Positions 9,010 through 17,844 of a stretch of DNA of 58,834 nucleotides are shown here, piece by piece. Below the pieces are notes generated by a model. The model was given only the letters and a program-made list of their open reading frames with translations, was not told the DNA's origin and searched no databases. The position numbers and the translations under genes are program-made. Each line of letters begins with the position of its first letter. Positions within the stretch are counted from its first letter, which is position 1. Source of the DNA: a virus (lineage: Duplodnaviria > Caudoviricetes); the IMG/VR virus record IMGVR_UViG_3300044983_000128, positions 1-58,834 of that record; one strand, written 5' to 3'.

Positions 9010-9741
9010 ATGAAACCAATCAAATGGCAGTATAACGGCGATGCGAACATGCTCGACTATGGCGGCACCAACTCACGCTGCATCGGCGCCCGTAAATTCC
9101 AGTTCGTCGAACTGATAAACATGGACGATGCGTGCGGCCGCGACAACGAAGGCCAGCCAAAGTACGTGGTCGAACTGCGCTTGGTCGCTCTCAACGAACT
9201 CTCACCCGATAACATTCAATCCGCTCTCAAATGCTGCGGGCAGGAGCACATTGAAAATCCGTCTGATGAAGTTATTGCTGAGTGTTGCAATTCCTACGGG
9301 TGCCACGCGCCGCTTGACTCGTGGTCCGGCGGCAACGCCCGCAAACTCCTGAGAGCCGCTTACAAGCTCGCCAACGAACTGCGCGACGAGGACAAACTCA
9401 ACGATCGCCTCGACAATCGGCCCGTGAACAAAATCGGCTCAACCGCCCGCGAGTTTATGACCGGTGACATCACAAGCGCCATGCAACGTGGCGTTGAATC
9501 CGGTGATCCAAGCGCCCGGATTATGGCAAAGATGTATGGTGTGCCTCAAGACACCATAGACAACGTGCGGCCGGCCGATTGGCTGCCCTACGTCTTTGGT
9601 TACATGGCGGCTCTCAACGGCGGCACCAAAGCAACCGATCCAGATACAAGCCCCGAATACTTCAGAGGCTTCGAGCGCGGTCTCAATGTCAAAGCCGGCA
9701 AAGCACCCGCACCAGCTTGGATTCAGCAGCAACCCGCCTGA
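9010..9741 (+). CDS. Hypothetical early protein
   Basis: 243-aa ORF with phage codon usage between leader 2 and a terminator. Confidence 0.8.
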   Translation: MKPIKWQYNGDANMLDYGGTNSRCIGARKFQFVELINMDDACGRDNEGQPKYVVELRLVALNELSPDNIQSALKCCGQEHIENPSDEVIAECCNSYGCHAPLDSWSGGNARKLLRAAYKLANELRDEDKLNDRLDNRPVNKIGSTAREFMTGDITSAMQRGVESGDPSARIMAKMYGVPQDTIDNVRPADWLPYVFGYMAALNGGTKATDPDTSPEYFRGFERGLNVKAGKAPAPAWIQQQPA

Positions 9742-9760
9742 TTCACCCCCTCTCCCTCAA

Positions 9761-9791
9761 GGCCATTGCTCACCCAATGGCCTTTTTCTTT
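9761..9791 (+). terminator. Intrinsic terminator
   Basis: GGCCATTG-ctcacc-CAATGGCC then TTTTTCTTT. Confidence 0.75.
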
Positions 9792-9908
9792 CCCCTCACG
9801 CCCCAAGCCAGCCCCTGACTCAGCTCCACCGACCCTTAACTGGCGCCTAGAACGCCCCGCATTCGCGCTTGCGTGCCTCGCCACGAGGCTTTAGCGTTCA
9901 ATCGCGAT

Positions 9909-10271
9909 ATGGCCTCAGAATCCGCCACAGCAGCTGCCACAGACCCGATTGATGGCCAAGTGCGCGGAAACGCCGCTCGCATGCAGGCCTATCGCTTGCG
10001 TGAAGTTGCCTTCAGGTTCGCCCTCGACGTTGCTGGTGTGACTGTTCTCAATCCCTCAGAAGACCTCTGTGCGCGTGCCCGTGACTTCGCTGCGTGCGTC
10101 AAAGCCTGGTCAGAAGCCGACGAACGCGGGCGTATCGCTCGAGGCCGCCCATTGCCCGGCTCACTGCGCCCCGAGCGCAAGCCCAAGACCAAGCGCCGCC
10201 CCGCCGTATCGCCCGTCCGAGTCGCGCCAGTCTCCGACGCGCCTAAGCCTCCGACCGAGCCGACGCCCTGA
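9909..10271 (+). CDS. Hypothetical helical protein, candidate terminase small subunit
   Basis: Own promoter TTGCGT(9869)-17-TAGCGT; helical core, basic Pro-rich tail; lies next to a strand-skew switch. TerS call is inference. Confidence 0.45.
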   Translation: MASESATAAATDPIDGQVRGNAARMQAYRLREVAFRFALDVAGVTVLNPSEDLCARARDFAACVKAWSEADERGRIARGRPLPGSLRPERKPKTKRRPAVSPVRVAPVSDAPKPPTEPTP

Positions 10272-10787
10272 TCGGTTGCACCACGCACCTGGTCGCGAGT
10301 CTTCCGCCGGCCGTTGCGCTCCTCTAGGCTCGCTGCCCTGGCCTCGAAGGAAAGCATGCTTCAGGAGTCTCCTTGCGCGCCTGACCGTCCCGGCGGGGTC
10401 GGGCGTAGGGGGCGCTAATAGGCTTTCGGTCATTTCATGAGACTCCCGTTTAAGAGAGGACTGGGTTTCTGGAAGAGCCTTCGAATCCTGAGCCAAGTTG
10501 GTCGCACTGAACGATGTAGAGATGTCGCACGTCGCAGGCTATGGCCTGCTCGACACCAGAAGCAATTGGGAAAGGCACTGGACCGCGATGTCCAGGGGGA
10601 TTCTTAAGGGGGAATTGGGGTTTCTGTCGAGCAAAAAGGTTTCGGTGAGTATTTGCTTACCATGTGTGATTTTGTGGAAAGGCCAATGAAGTTGAGTATT
10701 GAGCATACCTAAAAAGTATAGTCAGGGTGTGAGTATGCGAAAAGAGTATAGTGGGATTGGGTGGAACTGGTTTAGAGTTATTGGACT

Positions 10788-11300
10788 ATGACCCAACGTC
10801 AGAAGGCTTACCGGGAATTTCTAAAAACGGACTTCTGGAAGGCGCTGAGCGAACAGGCCAAGGCGCGGGATGGCGGGTGTTTGCGGTGCGGTGGAGCTAA
10901 GGGATTGAACGCCCATCACAAGGTTTACCGAAAGCGGTGGGAAGACACGTTGCTGGAGGACTTGGAAACGCTGTGCCGGGATTGTCACCGTAGCGAACAC
11001 GGGTATGCGCCGAGTTACGTGAGGGAGTTCCAAAAGAGACACAGGGAGATTCTGAATGAAATCCGAAGCCAACGCCGTCCTACTGTGGTCATGTGGCGGG
11101 AATTCAAAGCGATGGTGGCTACGCAATACGACTGGGAGGAATTCTCGGAACTGATTTTCGAGTACGTGCGATTTCAACTGGCGGACGAACGGGAGGGGCA
11201 CGTCAAGGACTGGTGGATGGACAGAGAAAAGAACTGGGGTTGGATTTGCAAAGCAAAACGAGTCAGGAGCATGATTCAAGAACACTGGATGGCGCCATGA
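10788..11300 (+). CDS. HNH endonuclease
   Basis: CLRCG...AHHKVY...LETLCRDCH..EH. Confidence 0.85.
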   Translation: MTQRQKAYREFLKTDFWKALSEQAKARDGGCLRCGGAKGLNAHHKVYRKRWEDTLLEDLETLCRDCHRSEHGYAPSYVREFQKRHREILNEIRSQRRPTVVMWREFKAMVATQYDWEEFSELIFEYVRFQLADEREGHVKDWWMDREKNWGWICKAKRVRSMIQEHWMAP

Positions 11301-11347
11301 CCGGCCTGCGCATCATCTGCGGGGAGGCGGTGGGGGAATTACTCTTT

Positions 11348-12136
11348 TTACTTGGAACCATCGCACTGGTTGTGCCAGACGCGGTTTCCTCCGTTGCCGA
11401 TCACAGATTCGCCCCAGTGAAATTCTTTACCGCACTTGGCGCATCGGTCGAAAGCCCAGCGTTTGAATGATTGCCAAGGGTGAATCTGGAATCGCCAATG
11501 CCAGAAATGCCAGCGCGGGAACTTATACCAGGGACGCAGCTCGTAAAGAACGCCGCGCGCCACGCCGCACAGGATGCCGCGAAAATGTTCCTGCCGCCTT
11601 TCCTCGGTGTCTTCCTCGAAGTTTGTGTGGTACCCGGGCAGAAAGCAAAATATTCCGCCGGGATTAACGCAGTCGGCATGATGAATCGAACGCACGGCGT
11701 AACGACGCACAAAATCCATGCCGACTTTTATATTCAACGCCTCGACCACCAACAGAACCATTCCTTCGTAAAGGCTGACCGCTTCAATGTTCGTGCCGCT
11801 CCATTCCTTGGATTTGCAGGCTAGGAAATGCGGATGCCGAGATTCGCTCCAGGCGACATTGTGGAGGCGTTCGATCTGTTTCTTGGTGAGCTTTGGGTAG
11901 GTGAACCCGCAAGAGTCGTCCGAACCGTCGCGCTCAGGATCTTTGTGCCAGATCGTGATGAAAGATTCCCGGTAGCCTTCCGGCCAGTGACGGTCGCACC
12001 TGGATTTTTCCTCGTCCGTCATTCGATGTTCCCATGCGAATCTTTTCTCATGGCCGTAGCGATGTTTCTTCGGCCACGGCTTGTATTTGAACCAAGGATT
12101 TCGGATTTCAAAGGCGACCGTCAGTGGATCGTGCAT
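11348..12136 (-). CDS. Hypothetical Trp/Cys-rich protein
   Basis: TIWHKDPERDGSDDSCG...RWHFWHWR...CAKCG..HNQC. Confidence 0.75.
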   Translation of the reverse strand: MHDPLTVAFEIRNPWFKYKPWPKKHRYGHEKRFAWEHRMTDEEKSRCDRHWPEGYRESFITIWHKDPERDGSDDSCGFTYPKLTKKQIERLHNVAWSESRHPHFLACKSKEWSGTNIEAVSLYEGMVLLVVEALNIKVGMDFVRRYAVRSIHHADCVNPGGIFCFLPGYHTNFEEDTEERRQEHFRGILCGVARGVLYELRPWYKFPRWHFWHWRFQIHPWQSFKRWAFDRCAKCGKEFHWGESVIGNGGNRVWHNQCDGSK

Positions 12137-12266
12137 AGGATTTAATTTTGATCTAGATCATTCACAGGTCAAACTCAAAGGTCACTCCCGGCGTGGCCGA
12201 GCGCCGATGCGCCGCCGTGACGCCGGGCTTGCCCTTGGCGTGAGGTTAATCCCCTACCCGCCCCGG

Positions 12267-12533
12267 TCAAGTCTCACGCGAAAGCTCGTTAGCGATTTTG
12301 GTGGCAGCACGGGCGAGTGCGTTGTTCATTTGGGATATGCGTTTAGGCAGATTGGAATCATCGTTGGTATCGTGCATCATTTGCATCACCAGCATGGAGG
12401 ACACCGAAAGCAGGAAGACCCGTTCGATGGATGAGTTGCCCGGTTCGCTTTCAATCCAGGACTCGCCGAACTGCTGCAACCGGGCGCAGCACTCGACCCA
12501 TTCAGCGAGCACGTTGGCTTGGTGGGTGGTCAC
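12267..12533 (-). CDS. Hypothetical protein bracketed by an 18-bp direct repeat
   Basis: 88-aa ORF with GTG start. Confidence 0.5.
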   Translation of the reverse strand: MTTHQANVLAEWVECCARLQQFGESWIESEPGNSSIERVFLLSVSSMLVMQMMHDTNDDSNLPKRISQMNNALARAATKIANELSRET

Positions 12534-12554
12534 AGCTCAAGTCTCACGCGAAAG
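12267..12554. repeat. 18-bp direct repeat TCAAGTCTCACGCGAAAG at 12267-12284 and 12537-12554
   Basis: Two identical copies 270 bp apart. Confidence 0.85.
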
Positions 12555-12561
12555 GGATGGG

Positions 12562-12900
12562 TCATGGGCGTGCCGGGAATCCCGGTGCGACCGGAACCCA
12601 GTCGTGTGACGTGGTTGTTGGCCAGTCCGCAGACTGGATGAATCTGGCAAACCTATCTAGCATCGGTTCCATTGGCCATTCTCCGGTGGTTACCTGCCCA
12701 ATCCAAGAATGTTCGTTGGAAGAAAGTTCTTCGAGGAAATTCTTTACTTTCAGCCACTCTAGGTAGCGTTTGGACGGACCCTCTTTGAACCCTATGATGG
12801 GCAACGCGCCGTGGCCATATTCACGGTCGTTGTCTCGTCCGTGGGCTTCGCACAATGTGGGAATTGGAATGCCGCGCCGGCGTTTGGTGCGTTTCCTCAT
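12562..12900 (-). CDS. Hypothetical protein
   Basis: ATGA-coupled ORF. Confidence 0.55.
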   Translation of the reverse strand: MRKRTKRRRGIPIPTLCEAHGRDNDREYGHGALPIIGFKEGPSKRYLEWLKVKNFLEELSSNEHSWIGQVTTGEWPMEPMLDRFARFIQSADWPTTTSHDWVPVAPGFPARP

Positions 12901-13085
12901 GGCTTCGGTGGAGTGCCGTTAAGTGCGGATTCGAGTTGTTCAGCGCAATAGCAAAGCGTAATGGCCTTGAAATCGTTTACGCGCGAAGGCGTATCGTCAG
13001 CTTCCTCTCGCCACTTCTTCACTAGCTTAACCGCCCGTTTCAGAGCGTCGAGTCGGCGGTGAGAGCGTTTTGCAAGTGCGCTCAT
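12897..13085 (-). CDS. Hypothetical protein
   Basis: KWREEA...CAEQLE phage motif; coupled. Confidence 0.6.
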   Translation of the reverse strand: MSALAKRSHRRLDALKRAVKLVKKWREEADDTPSRVNDFKAITLCYCAEQLESALNGTPPKP

Positions 13086-13375
13086 GGCTTGAACGTGGCA
13101 TCGAGGGCGTCAAGAGCGGTGTAATGACTTTGGTGGTTGTTGCTCAGTTCTTGTGTAATCTTTTTCAACGCGCCCCTGAGCTTGGCCACGTCAGCGCGTG
13201 CTTGACCGAGTTGGTCGCGCAACAGCCTGTTTTCCTCAGCCATCACAGCCGTCGCATCGAAGCTGCCTTTGGCCACGGTTTCCATCTGCGCCCGCAACGC
13301 CGCGCATTCCTCTCGCGCATTGAACAGATCGGACACGGCTCGTTTCAGATCCGCGATAAGTGCTTGATCGTTCAC
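13082..13375 (-). CDS. Hypothetical coiled-coil protein
   Basis: GTGA overlap start (MNDQAL). Confidence 0.6.
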   Translation of the reverse strand: MNDQALIADLKRAVSDLFNAREECAALRAQMETVAKGSFDATAVMAEENRLLRDQLGQARADVAKLRGALKKITQELSNNHQSHYTALDALDATFKP

Positions 13376-13536
13376 GGCATTTGCTCCTGCCTGCGCCAAT
13401 CCCGCAGCCATTGGTCGGCGCAGGATTTGGCGGCGGCGTCTTCCTCAGCGGTCGGGTCGCGGTCGCCATCAATGAGCAATCCAAGCCGTTCGTGATAACG
13501 CATCATCCACTCGGCGCGAATCTCTTTCTCGGTCAT
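13372..13536 (-). CDS. 54-aa hypothetical protein (not in ORF track)
   Basis: MTEKEIRAEWMMRYHERLGLL...; coupled at both ends. Confidence 0.6.
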   Translation of the reverse strand: MTEKEIRAEWMMRYHERLGLLIDGDRDPTAEEDAAAKSCADQWLRDWRRQEQMP

Positions 13537-13718
13537 GGCTTAGCCTCTGGCGCGGTCTTGCGCACTCGCGCAGGCTCTTTCCCGGCCCACACAATCGGCG
13601 CCGCGGCCGGGTCGGAGCGGACGCTCAGCCAGCCACGCGCTTTGCCGAGTGCGACCAGTTCCTTCATGTCGGCGTAAGTGAGCCGTCGATCAACGAGCGG
13701 TGCATTTCGGGTAATCAT
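13533..13718 (-). CDS. Hypothetical protein
   Basis: MITRNAP...; ATGA coupling. Confidence 0.5.
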   Translation of the reverse strand: MITRNAPLVDRRLTYADMKELVALGKARGWLSVRSDPAAAPIVWAGKEPARVRKTAPEAKP

Positions 13719-13807
13719 TTTCCAGTCAGCAGATATACGACGATGATGATAGCGATGCAAATAACGGTGCAGCACCAAGCAGCGCCTTCTTCGATTTCGA
13801 TCTTCAT
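13715..13807 (-). CDS. 30-aa single-TM peptide (not in ORF track)
   Basis: MKIEIEEGAAWCCTVICIAIIIVVYLLTGK; coupled at both ends. Confidence 0.5.
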   Translation of the reverse strand: MKIEIEEGAAWCCTVICIAIIIVVYLLTGK

Positions 13808-14007
13808 GGCTCTTTCAGCGCCGCCCATTTGGACTTCTCATTGATATTGTTTTGGTCCCAAGACTCGCCGGCAATCCATTTCTTCGCGTCGTGCTCCACA
13901 ATGCTCCGGTTCCTAACCGTCGTGCTCACAGCTCGACCTGAATCATTGCGCAGGCTGTAAATCATGTGCCGCGCCCAGTCCAAATTGTGCTCGGAGAGAT
14001 TGTTCAC
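13804..14007 (-). CDS. Hypothetical protein
   Basis: GTGA overlap start (MNNLSEH). Confidence 0.5.
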   Translation of the reverse strand: MNNLSEHNLDWARHMIYSLRNDSGRAVSTTVRNRSIVEHDAKKWIAGESWDQNNINEKSKWAALKEP

Positions 14008-14225
14008 GGTCGCGGGCGCAGGAGCGCGGCGAGCTGATTGGCGCAGCGACGTAGCGTCGCGATGCGAGTACGCAATTCGGCGCGAAGTGTGGGTGCGGTA
14101 GCCGCGCCCAGGTTCACGTCGGCGAGGTCGGCAGCTGCGCGCCACCGGATGACGAGGTGTTCGGCGCGTGCCGCTATGCGGGTGGCTTCTTCGAGCAAAG
14201 CGAGGCGATTGGTGCGGGTGGTCAT
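14004..14225 (-). CDS. Hypothetical protein
   Basis: Coupled; CANQL motif similar to 12897 ORF. Confidence 0.55.
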   Translation of the reverse strand: MTTRTNRLALLEEATRIAARAEHLVIRWRAAADLADVNLGAATAPTLRAELRTRIATLRRCANQLAALLRPRP

Positions 14226-14716
14226 GCGGGTGCGGATTGTCGTCTTGCCTTGGCTTTGGCTTCGAATTCGATCTTGTAATTTGCCTTACGGCGAAGTTCC
14301 GGCACGCACTTTTCAACAGCGGCGGCGTCCTTGGTTTCGTCGTAAGACCACGGAAGCTCAACGAGTGTGCTCGCCGAATTGTAGCAATCGTCTTTCATCA
14401 GCTCGTCCTGAGTGGAAATAAGTCCGTAATCTACGTCTAGCACGAGTGCGCTTATGACGGTTTCGACTCCATCATCTCTCCAACCTTGATCTAATCGTTC
14501 ATCTGGATTGTTTGGTAAATCAGGAAATCCTGAGGAATAGATATAATAACGCTGCCTGAATTCCGTTTGAATTGCGAGCACGGGTATAGTCACGCACCAC
14601 CATGAATCTTCATTTTCAGGATCTCTGCCAGCGGTGACTTGAACCATTCGTACCGCAGGAGCGCATAAAGCCAGAGCGGTGGTGACGTATTGTCGGTGAA
14701 TATCGTCTCGTTTCAT
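14222..14716 (-). CDS. Hypothetical protein
   Basis: 164-aa ORF preceded by structured leader 3. Confidence 0.7.
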   Translation of the reverse strand: MKRDDIHRQYVTTALALCAPAVRMVQVTAGRDPENEDSWWCVTIPVLAIQTEFRQRYYIYSSGFPDLPNNPDERLDQGWRDDGVETVISALVLDVDYGLISTQDELMKDDCYNSASTLVELPWSYDETKDAAAVEKCVPELRRKANYKIEFEAKAKARRQSAPA

Positions 14717-14808
14717 AAAAGATTCGTCGCAGTTGTAAATCCAAGTCGGTGCTTGTGGGCGGGTAGCCCCTGCGACGAACCAAATCAGACACCGAATCGG
14801 ATTTACGT
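14717..14808 (-). ncRNA. Structured leader 3 (C4/CI-like architecture)
   Basis: Minus strand: GTAAATCC..TCGGTG 5' of stem TTCGTCGCAG/CTGCGACGAA whose loop carries CACCGA..GGATTTAC. Confidence 0.55.
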
Positions 14809-15045
14809 GGCACTTCTACGCCCGCTATCTCGTTCTGTCAACTCTTTCACCACAAGAATACCGCGAGTCGCGTGGAGCTTCGCTAGGTGCTCAGCAATCT
14901 CCCCAATCCTGCGTTCGGTCGCGTCGTCCAGCGCGTAATACCGCACCGTGTCCGTGCCACGCTTCCGGTGCCAGTGCTTGCGATTCTCGCGACGGAATTC
15001 TAGACGCGCAGATTCGATCTCAACGGTAATGCTGGCAAGGTTCAT
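14803..15045 (-). CDS. Hypothetical protein
   Basis: ATGA-coupled to the PAPS-family gene. Confidence 0.5.
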   Translation of the reverse strand: MNLASITVEIESARLEFRRENRKHWHRKRGTDTVRYYALDDATERRIGEIAEHLAKLHATRGILVVKELTERDSGRRSAT

Positions 15046-15833
15046 CTTGCGCACCATGCACACATTGTTGGTCGTTGCGAAGCGTCCAGTTTAAGCGTCA
15101 TTTGTGCCGCACCTTTGGGAACGTAGCCAGCCTCGAATTTCTTGCCTAAATCCTCGATGCTCACAGGCCATGAATCTTTGCCTTCGGTCCTGAACGTGTG
15201 CCCGGACCATTTCTCAAGAGCAATCACTTCTCGCCAGCGGTCGGGGTGATTCTTCCAGAGCCGCCACCATTCCGAGATGCGCTGGAAAAAGCAACAATCG
15301 CAATCTGTCCTTGCAGGAACTTCTACACCGCGTTTTGCAAGATACCCAAGCACGTCGTTTATGCCCCAACCCCACCGCACCAACGGACAGTCCTGCTTCA
15401 CGCCTTCAACGCCTTTCCAGTCCGTGCCTGCGCGCTCGCTTGTCTCGTCTGCACGAATTCCCACGTAACAAATCGCTGGCGATAGTGACGCCGCATAGAC
15501 GATAAATGGCTCAATCTTCACTTGGCGCGTGCAGAAGCGCATCCGGAAGTTCGGTAGAGCGTTGTTTGCCACAATCGCATCCACGAGCGATGGCCCTGGA
15601 ACCCGTACCAATGGCCGTTCCAACAAACACTCAAGGCGTTTCCAGTGCGCGTCCATCTCTGGCAATTCGCGACCCGTGGGCGTAATACAGAAACGGTAAT
15701 CGCGCGGCTCGATTTCCATGAGCCGAAGCGCCATAGCTGACGAGTCTTTTCCGCCTGACAACGCAACGATATGCGACCCAGCACGGGCCACGTCAATCTC
15801 GCGGCGCATGGTCTCGACGGTGGGCGTGGTCAT
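15042..15833 (-). CDS. PAPS-reductase-family (PP-loop) protein
   Basis: ALSGGKDS, RFCTRQVKIEP, GIRADE, DCDCCF motifs. Confidence 0.85.
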   Translation of the reverse strand: MTTPTVETMRREIDVARAGSHIVALSGGKDSSAMALRLMEIEPRDYRFCITPTGRELPEMDAHWKRLECLLERPLVRVPGPSLVDAIVANNALPNFRMRFCTRQVKIEPFIVYAASLSPAICYVGIRADETSERAGTDWKGVEGVKQDCPLVRWGWGINDVLGYLAKRGVEVPARTDCDCCFFQRISEWWRLWKNHPDRWREVIALEKWSGHTFRTEGKDSWPVSIEDLGKKFEAGYVPKGAAQMTLKLDASQRPTMCAWCAR

Positions 15834-16069
15834 TTGATTTGTGCTGTCATTCGCCATGCCTCGTTGTTCAGCATCACGGCAATCGGAACCTCCGATCCAC
15901 AAGAATTGCAGTGCACGCGCCATACGGCTATCGGAGGACGGACCAACGCCACCAATAAATCACTACCGCAACACAGGCATAATGGCCTCGTAGAAGTGAA
16001 TATGTCGGCTTCCGACTTGGACGTTGGAACGCCGAACCATTTGTTCTGAAGTGCTTGTTGCTTAGTCAT
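15830..16069 (-). CDS. Zn-ribbon (Lar-like) protein
   Basis: CLCCGS...VHCNSCG...EAW. Confidence 0.55.
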   Translation of the reverse strand: MTKQQALQNKWFGVPTSKSEADIFTSTRPLCLCCGSDLLVALVRPPIAVWRVHCNSCGSEVPIAVMLNNEAWRMTAQIK

Positions 16070-16305
16070 CCCTCACGTCCTTCCCGCGCCGTGGTCTTTG
16101 GCGAGCGCATGTTCATGGCCGCGATGTGCGCCAAGAGGAATCGCACGTCGAGCGCGGCTTGCGTTGGTTCGCCGTACGGAATCTCATAGCCTTCGCGATT
16201 CAAAGTCTCCGCCGCATGCTCAATCGCCCGTAACATGCTGGCAACCTGTTCGTCAGTCATAGGATTTGTGCGCCCGCCCGCCGCCCTTCCACCGCGCCGA
16301 TTCAT
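16066..16305 (-). CDS. Hypothetical protein
   Basis: Coupled ORF; DVRFLL motif. Confidence 0.5.
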   Translation of the reverse strand: MNRRGGRAAGGRTNPMTDEQVASMLRAIEHAAETLNREGYEIPYGEPTQAALDVRFLLAHIAAMNMRSPKTTAREGREG

Positions 16306-16586
16306 GCGTCGAGGTCATGGTTATTCATTGCCTCCCGGTGGTATCTCCGAATGCTCTCAGAAAGGCGCATTGCCTCGTTCCGTTCGTCCGCTCTTAGCTC
16401 ATGCAACGGTTGCGGGATAAGCTGCAAGCCCGGTGTGAATTGATTGATTGCGCCGCACTGCCAGCAAACGGAAATGTCGCCTGGAACCGGATTCCTCGAC
16501 TCCGATTTCTGTGGATTGTTCGATGCCCGGTCCACCACGTATCCGCAGGTCGGGCATGAGGACGTATGAACTAGATGCGTGTTCAT
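16302..16586 (-). CDS. Zn-finger hypothetical protein
   Basis: CPTCG...PGDISVCWQCG. Confidence 0.7.
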   Translation of the reverse strand: MNTHLVHTSSCPTCGYVVDRASNNPQKSESRNPVPGDISVCWQCGAINQFTPGLQLIPQPLHELRADERNEAMRLSESIRRYHREAMNNHDLDA

Positions 16587-17239
16587 GGTGCCTTTCTCAG
16601 CGCGTAATCCGGCACGTCCACGTCCACCAGCAGGTTCTCGTCGCGAATGATTCGGCTGCTGATTCGGGCGTCAATGTCGCGCTCGATGTCGCCAAGCGTC
16701 TTGTTGCTCGTGAGAACGGTCCACTTTCCAACCCGGGCGGAAAGCAATCGCGCAAGACAATCTCGAACGTGGCCGCTTGGGTCTCGGTCAGCTCCAATCT
16801 CATCGAGCACCACGAACTTTTCATTCTTCAAATCTTCCAGTTGTCCGTAACCGGAATTGCTCAAAAGGTCTGAAGCCAAGTTGGGCCAGAACACCCACGA
16901 ACCTGGATAGTAAATTTCCTTTGTCGAAGGATTCACTTCTGCGTTAAAAAACGACGACCCTTTGAACCACAACCAGACCTTTCGGGCCAGATGGGTTTTG
17001 CCAGCCCCCGAGGTGCCAAGGAAACTCAACCAGCGTGGCGACCGTTGCGCTTTAATTGCCTTCATAAATCGCGCCGTCATTTCCACCATTCGGGTCAACT
17101 GCGCCTCTGTTCGTGAATCGCCCTCGATTTTGAACTCAAGGAACTTTGCCCACTCCGTCGTATTGACCACTTCGCTTTGCGTTGGCGGTTCCTGCATTAC
17201 GGTCAACGCCCCTTCCACCAGTTTTTGCATTGGTTCCAT
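16583..17239 (-). CDS. DnaC/IstB-like AAA+ helicase loader
   Basis: GTSGAGKTHLA Walker A, VVLDEIG Walker B, LTSN, RISSRI. Confidence 0.9.
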   Translation of the reverse strand: MEPMQKLVEGALTVMQEPPTQSEVVNTTEWAKFLEFKIEGDSRTEAQLTRMVEMTARFMKAIKAQRSPRWLSFLGTSGAGKTHLARKVWLWFKGSSFFNAEVNPSTKEIYYPGSWVFWPNLASDLLSNSGYGQLEDLKNEKFVVLDEIGADRDPSGHVRDCLARLLSARVGKWTVLTSNKTLGDIERDIDARISSRIIRDENLLVDVDVPDYALRKAP

Positions 17240-17834
17240 TTTTTTGCCTGTCAGTTTGGATTTGTCTCTCTAAAGCAGCCCGAGGGTCAGCTATCGGATT
17301 CCTGCCCCACATCCATCCGTTTGCTTGCAGAGCGAGAAAAGCCCCCCGGGTCTCATATTCGGTGTAGGTCGCACCGTTCTTAATCCAGTCGGCTAACCAG
17401 CCTTTTGCTTGGTCAAATGTCGGTCCGGTCTGTACTGGCACTGGCTTGGCTATGGCTATGGCTAGGCGGGATGCCGCAGTCTCGACAAAGGAGAGACCGT
17501 GTCTCGACAGATATTTTGTAACTGCCTCATCTGCATGGTCACACCAGTCATGCACTATTAGTCTGTGAACTGGACACGTATCCAGCCACCCGGCTTCCAC
17601 TAGGGCTGCACTCAGCTTGCACTCAGCCTTCACTCCCCTCTCACCTGTGGGCCTCTCCCAGTACACTGCCTTTGCGATGACTGAATCAGGGTGTTTTCCA
17701 ATGTCCCCTTGTGGGGCGTACCTGGCCGCAAAGTGCCATAGTGCTTCGAGGATACCAATGGCCCAAGCGCGGTTGATGTTAAGTAGGGTTGCGAGGTGCG
17801 AAACTTTAGGATGGTCTGGTGTTCCGCGCTTCAT
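17136..17834 (-). CDS. Replication initiator (lambda O-like)
   Basis: DHPKV..LA...AIGILEALW, GWL, VHDW winged-helix pattern; upstream of DnaC-like gene; internal short repeats. Confidence 0.75.
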   Translation of the reverse strand: MKRGTPDHPKVSHLATLLNINRAWAIGILEALWHFAARYAPQGDIGKHPDSVIAKAVYWERPTGERGVKAECKLSAALVEAGWLDTCPVHRLIVHDWCDHADEAVTKYLSRHGLSFVETAASRLAIAIAKPVPVQTGPTFDQAKGWLADWIKNGATYTEYETRGAFLALQANGWMWGRNPIADPRAALERQIQTDRQKNGTNAKTGGRGVDRNAGTANAKRSGQYDGVGKVP

Positions 17835-17844
17835 GGAAAAGAAG

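Noticed and set aside
10460-10500. TTCGAATCC as a tRNA T-arm
   Set aside because: No acceptor stem or cloverleaf can be built around it
15042-15833. Dnd phosphorothioation system
   Set aside because: Only a PAPS-family gene; no dndB/D/E or ssp partners
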